From Pirellula staleyi DSM 6068 (GTDB lineage: Bacteria > Planctomycetota > Planctomycetia > Pirellulales > Pirellulaceae): a stretch of 32,000 bases of DNA. Below are positions 28,124-32,000 of this stretch, in pieces. Made by a program: the position numbers and the translations under genes. The notes beneath the pieces are model-generated. The model ran no database searches, had not been told where the DNA came from, and saw only the letters and a program-made list of their open reading frames with translations. Position 1 is the first letter of the stretch. Each line of letters starts with the position of its first letter. Location of the stretch: the NCBI GenBank assembly GCA_000025185.1, contig CP001848.1, positions 4,530,001 to 4,562,000 on the forward strand, read 5' to 3'.

Positions 28124-29512
28124 ATGACAGTGCCAAGCTACTCGCGTCGCGACATGCTGTCGAAGTGTGGCGCAGGGATGGGCATGCTCGGACTCGCCGG
28201 TCTGCTCGCCTCCGATAACGCTTGCGCCAGCACCTCTGCCAGCGATAATCCACTCCTCCCGAAAGTGGCCCATTTCGCTCCCAAGGCCAAGCACATCATT
28301 CATCTCTTCATGAATGGTGGCCCCTCGCAGGTCGACACGTTCGACCCCAAACCCGAGCTCACCAAATTTCATGGCGAGCGCCCGAAATCGGCTGATCTGA
28401 AAACCGAACGTGGTACCGGCGCGCTACTCAAATCTCCCTTCGCCTTTCAGAAGTGCGGCCAATCGGGGATCGAAGTGAGCGAGATTTTTCCAGAGGTCGG
28501 CAAGTGCATCGACGACATCTGTGTCATTCGCTCCATGCACACCAACGTCCCCAACCACGAGCCTTCGCTCCTGATGATGACTTGCGGTAATTCACAGCCG
28601 ATCCGCCCGAGCATGGGATCGTGGCTCTGCTATGGACTAGGTACCGAGAATCAAAATCTCCCCGGGTTTGTTGTTCTTTGCCCCGGTAAGCCGGTGGTCG
28701 GTCCGCAGCTGTGGAGCAACAGTTTTCTCCCCGGAGTGCTGCAAGGTTGTCACATCCGAAATCTCGATCCGAAGAAAGTGGTCGAGAACATCGAGAATCG
28801 TTTTCTCTCGAGTGATTCTCAGCGGCGGCAACTCGATCTACTGAACGCGATGAATCAATCGCATCGGGTCACGCGCGAGGAAGATAATCAACTCGAAGCC
28901 CGCATCCAGTCGCTAGAAATTGCCTTTCGCATGCAGACCGAAGCACAAGAGGCCTTCGACGTCTCGCGCGAACCTGCGCATGTGCGCGAGTCTTTCGGCA
29001 AAGGCTATTTTGCCGACGCCTGTCTCACCGCGCGACGGCTCGTGGAGCGAGGCGTACGCACCGTGCAGGTCTTCTTCGGCTCGGGACAGCCGTGGGACGA
29101 TCATGGAAACATCGAGCAGGGTCATCGCTCAAAAGCCAAGGAATCGGATCAAGCAATTGCTGCACTCCTGAAAGACCTGAAAGCGTCGGGGCTCCTCGAT
29201 GAAACGATCGTTCTCTGGGGGGGCGAATTTGGACGTACACCAGCCTCCGAAGGTGGCAATGGTCGCGACCATAATCACCACGGCTTTTCGGTCTGGCTCG
29301 CAGGGGGTGGTGTGAAGGGGGGAATGACCTACGGTGCGACCGATGAGTTTGGTTTCGCTGCTGTCGAAAATAAAGTCCACGTGCACGATCTACACGCGAC
29401 ACTGCTGCACTTGATGGGACTCGATCACGAAAAACTAACCTATCGCTATAGCGGACGAGACTTCCGCTTAACCGATGTCCATGGTCGTGTGGTCAAAGAG
29501 ATCATCGCCTAA
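28124..29512 (+). CDS. DUF1501 family protein, Tat-exported
   Basis: 462-aa ORF. Leader MTVPSYSRRDMLSKCGAG. Motifs LFMNGGPSQVDTFDPKPE, WGGEFGRTP, GRDHNHHGF. GAAGGAA lies 9 nt upstream of the ATG. It starts 59 nt after the preceding gene. Confidence 0.94.
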   Translation: MTVPSYSRRDMLSKCGAGMGMLGLAGLLASDNACASTSASDNPLLPKVAHFAPKAKHIIHLFMNGGPSQVDTFDPKPELTKFHGERPKSADLKTERGTGALLKSPFAFQKCGQSGIEVSEIFPEVGKCIDDICVIRSMHTNVPNHEPSLLMMTCGNSQPIRPSMGSWLCYGLGTENQNLPGFVVLCPGKPVVGPQLWSNSFLPGVLQGCHIRNLDPKKVVENIENRFLSSDSQRRQLDLLNAMNQSHRVTREEDNQLEARIQSLEIAFRMQTEAQEAFDVSREPAHVRESFGKGYFADACLTARRLVERGVRTVQVFFGSGQPWDDHGNIEQGHRSKAKESDQAIAALLKDLKASGLLDETIVLWGGEFGRTPASEGGNGRDHNHHGFSVWLAGGGVKGGMTYGATDEFGFAAVENKVHVHDLHATLLHLMGLDHEKLTYRYSGRDFRLTDVHGRVVKEIIA

Positions 29513-29617
29513 CGCGCCGATGATTGCGGCAGCTCTGTCCCTTTTCAGCCTTCTACTGGCGGACCTGCTTTTTAGCTCACTATCTGCTTGCTCACTACTC
29601 TTCGGGACCTTAATGGC

Positions 29618-32000
29618 ATGTCGGTCTTGAACGTATTTTCACGGGCTGTAGTATTCGGGCTGCTTGCCGCGATTGGCTGGGGCGCGACAGCGCCCACTTG
29701 CCTGGGTGAAGAGCCACCTGCTGAAGCATTACGTTTTTTCGAAACCAAAATCCGTCCGATCTTTGCCGAGCATTGCCAGAAATGCCACGGGGCTGAAAAG
29801 CAATGGTCGAGTTTTCGCCTCGACTCGCGCGAAGCGATTTTGCGTGGGGGCGATTTCGGAACAGCTGTGGTTCCAGGCAAGCCTGACGAAGGTTTGCTCC
29901 TCTCTGCGGTGCGTCAAACCGATCCCGATCTGATGATGCCCCCCAAGGGGAAACTCACCGACGCACAAATTGCCGATCTTGAAACCTGGATTCGCCAGGG
30001 AGCCCATTTTCCAGCCGAAATCGCCACGAAATCACGTTTTCGCGATCCCCAGCATTGGTCGTTTCAGAAGGTCGCGCAGCCCTCGATCCCCGTTGTGGTC
30101 GATCCAGCATGGCCGCAGTCTCCGATCGATCATTTCATCCTCGCTAGGCTCGAATCTCAGCAGCTTACGCCCGCCAAAACAGCCGACAAGCGAACGCTGA
30201 TTCGCCGCGCCACGTTTGATCTCACGGGACTTCCTCCCACACCGGCCGAGGTCGATGCATTCCTGAGCGACGATCGCCCCGATGCATTCGCGCGACTCGT
30301 GGACCGGCTTCTCGAATCGCCTGCCTATGGCGAACGTTGGGGCCGCCATTGGCTCGATGTCGCTCGCTATGCCGACTCCAACGGTCTCGATGAGAATATC
30401 GCCCATGGCAATGCCTGGCGTTATCGCGATTACGTCGTCGCGTCGCTCAATGGCGACAAGCCCTATCGTCAATTTGTTCGCGAACAGTTGGCAGGCGACT
30501 TGCTCCCCGCTGCTTCGGATGCTCAGCGAGCCGAGCTTTACGTGGCGACCGGATTTTTGGCGATCGGCCCCAAAGTCCTGGCCGAGCCCGATAAAACAAA
30601 GATGGAAATGGACATCATCGACGAGCAGATCGACACCGTGGGGAAAGCACTTCTCGGTCTCACGCTCGGCTGTGCCCGTTGCCACGATCACAAATTCGAT
30701 CCCATCGAAACAGCCGACTACTATGCCCTGGCAGGGATCTTCAAAAGTACGAAGACCATGGAGTCGCTGAAAACGATTGCCAAGTGGCATGAAAATCGGC
30801 TCCCCGATTCTACATTCGAGGCGCTGAAGTCCGAGTATGATCGACAACTGAGCGAAAAGAAAAGTGCTCTCGATCAACTGATAGCTTCGGCCACGCAGCA
30901 AATTCCTGAACCGGAACGCAAAGATCTGACGCCCGAGAATCTCGAGAAGAAGTTTTCCGAGGAAGTGCAGAAGCAACTGGCGGCGCTGCGTGCCGATGTG
31001 GCTGCTTTCGAAAAACAAGCTCCCGAGCCACCAGCCGCCATGGGTGTGACCGAGCAGGGGGTGGTCGATGTCAGTATCCACATTCGTGGAAGTCATCTGA
31101 AACTCGGAGACATTGTTCCGCGTCGCACACCTGTGGTCTTCACCTCAACGACAGCACCAACTTTCTCGACAAGTCAAAGTGGCCGGCTCGAACTCGCCGA
31201 CTGGATCACAGCGAGCGATCACCCACTCACCTATCGCGTGCTTGTGAATCGTGTTTGGCGGTGGCATTTTGGGAAGGGGATCGTTCGCTCGCCCGACAAC
31301 TTCGGCATGCTCGGTGAACTGCCGACACATCCAGAACTGCTCGACTGGCTCACCCAAAAGTTCATCGAGCAAGGGACGTCACTCAAATCGCTCCATCGGC
31401 TGATCATGCTGTCGAGCACCTATCAGCAGAGCAGCATCCCGAGCGACCAGACGAAGGAAAAAGACCCGGAAAACCTGCTCTGGGGCCGATTTGAAACACG
31501 ACGACTCGAAGCGGAAGCAGTGCGAGATTCGCTGCTGGCGGTCGGTGGACAACTCGACCACACTCGTGGTGGATCGCTGCTACAGGTAAAAAATCGCGAG
31601 TTCTTTTTCGACCATACTTCCAAAGACAAAACGAGTTATGCCACCCACCGGCGCTCACTTTATCTTCCGATCGTACGCAACCATGTGTACGACCTCTTTC
31701 AGCTCCTCGACTACCCCGACGCTGCTGTCACGACCGGTGATCGCGCGACAACCACCGTCGCCCCACAAGCGCTGCTGATGCTCAACAGCGATTTAGTAGC
31801 AGAAGCAAGTAGCGGTCTTGCTCAGCAGTTACTAGCGCAGGAGGCCGATACTGCGTCGCGTGTGAAACAGGCAATCGCTCGTGCTTACGCGCGGGAAGCG
31901 ACAGCTGCCGAGATCACCGCCGCAGCGCAGTTCTTAACGCGGGCTGAAGAGCTGCTGCAAGCCAAAGTCTCGGACGCCGATCTCCGGCACCAGCAAGCTT
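29618..32000 (+). CDS. PSCyt1 (CxxCH) - DUF1549 - DUF1553 protein, 5' 794 codons; continues beyond the right edge
   Basis: Absent from the ORF track because it is open at the window edge. My own translation from ATG 29618 gives MSVLNVFSRAVVFGLLAAIGWGATAPTCLGEEPPAEALRFFETKIRPIFAEHCQKCHG..., IRRATFDLTGLPPTPAEVDAF, GERWGRHWLDVARY, LGLTLGCARCHDHKFDP, LTYRVLVNRVWRWHFGKGIV. There is no stop through 32000. Track ORF 30032..31096(-) is its antisense shadow. Confidence 0.9.
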   Translation, partial: MSVLNVFSRAVVFGLLAAIGWGATAPTCLGEEPPAEALRFFETKIRPIFAEHCQKCHGAEKQWSSFRLDSREAILRGGDFGTAVVPGKPDEGLLLSAVRQTDPDLMMPPKGKLTDAQIADLETWIRQGAHFPAEIATKSRFRDPQHWSFQKVAQPSIPVVVDPAWPQSPIDHFILARLESQQLTPAKTADKRTLIRRATFDLTGLPPTPAEVDAFLSDDRPDAFARLVDRLLESPAYGERWGRHWLDVARYADSNGLDENIAHGNAWRYRDYVVASLNGDKPYRQFVREQLAGDLLPAASDAQRAELYVATGFLAIGPKVLAEPDKTKMEMDIIDEQIDTVGKALLGLTLGCARCHDHKFDPIETADYYALAGIFKSTKTMESLKTIAKWHENRLPDSTFEALKSEYDRQLSEKKSALDQLIASATQQIPEPERKDLTPENLEKKFSEEVQKQLAALRADVAAFEKQAPEPPAAMGVTEQGVVDVSIHIRGSHLKLGDIVPRRTPVVFTSTTAPTFSTSQSGRLELADWITASDHPLTYRVLVNRVWRWHFGKGIVRSPDNFGMLGELPTHPELLDWLTQKFIEQGTSLKSLHRLIMLSSTYQQSSIPSDQTKEKDPENLLWGRFETRRLEAEAVRDSLLAVGGQLDHTRGGSLLQVKNREFFFDHTSKDKTSYATHRRSLYLPIVRNHVYDLFQLLDYPDAAVTTGDRATTTVAPQALLMLNSDLVAEASSGLAQQLLAQEADTASRVKQAIARAYAREATAAEITAAAQFLTRAEELLQAKVSDADLRHQQA

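Noticed and set aside
1-32000. Search for CRISPR arrays, transposases or integrases, inverted terminal repeats, phage or defence-system genes
   Set aside because: I noticed no spaced direct-repeat arrays and no recombinase-, nuclease-, ATPase- or defence-like ORFs. The only repeated DNA is short, high-identity stretches around the conserved LGLTLGCARCHDHKFDP motif shared by paralogs, which reflects protein-level conservation.

Overview
About 55% GC judged by eye, gene-dense 32-kb chromosomal segment with roughly 19 genes on both strands. It looks planctomycetal (Pirellulales-like); that attribution is inferred only from the protein families present. The window is dominated by planctomycete-type exported gene pairs. 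A large Sec-exported DUF1549/DUF1553 (PSCyt2/PSD1) protein, usually with an N-terminal CxxCH 'planctomycete cytochrome c' domain, is followed by a Tat-exported DUF1501 protein. There are three complete pairs plus a fourth large subunit running off the right edge. There is also one pair of the sister type: a 1316-aa DUF1587/1595/1592/1588/1585-type protein followed by a DUF1552 protein. That pair is translationally coupled to a GntR/FCD regulator with palindromic operator candidates. Between these modules lie secreted carbohydrate-type enzymes: a sialate O-acetylesterase-like SGNH protein, two alpha/beta hydrolases and a 900-aa TIM-barrel-like putative glycosidase. Also present are two beta-propeller proteins (WD40, Kelch-like), an LssY-C-like membrane protein and an orphan TupA-like ATP-grasp protein. 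I found no rRNA, tRNA, CRISPR array, transposase or integrase. The most notable points follow. (1) One PSCyt1-DUF1549-DUF1553 gene is split by a single in-frame TGA. (2) The two-gene modules are very dense and regularly organised, yet their function is unknown. (3) A GntR operator/leader arrangement controls one module. (4) Two edge-truncated genes are missing from the supplied ORF track. All family calls rest on motif recognition from memory, with no database search.
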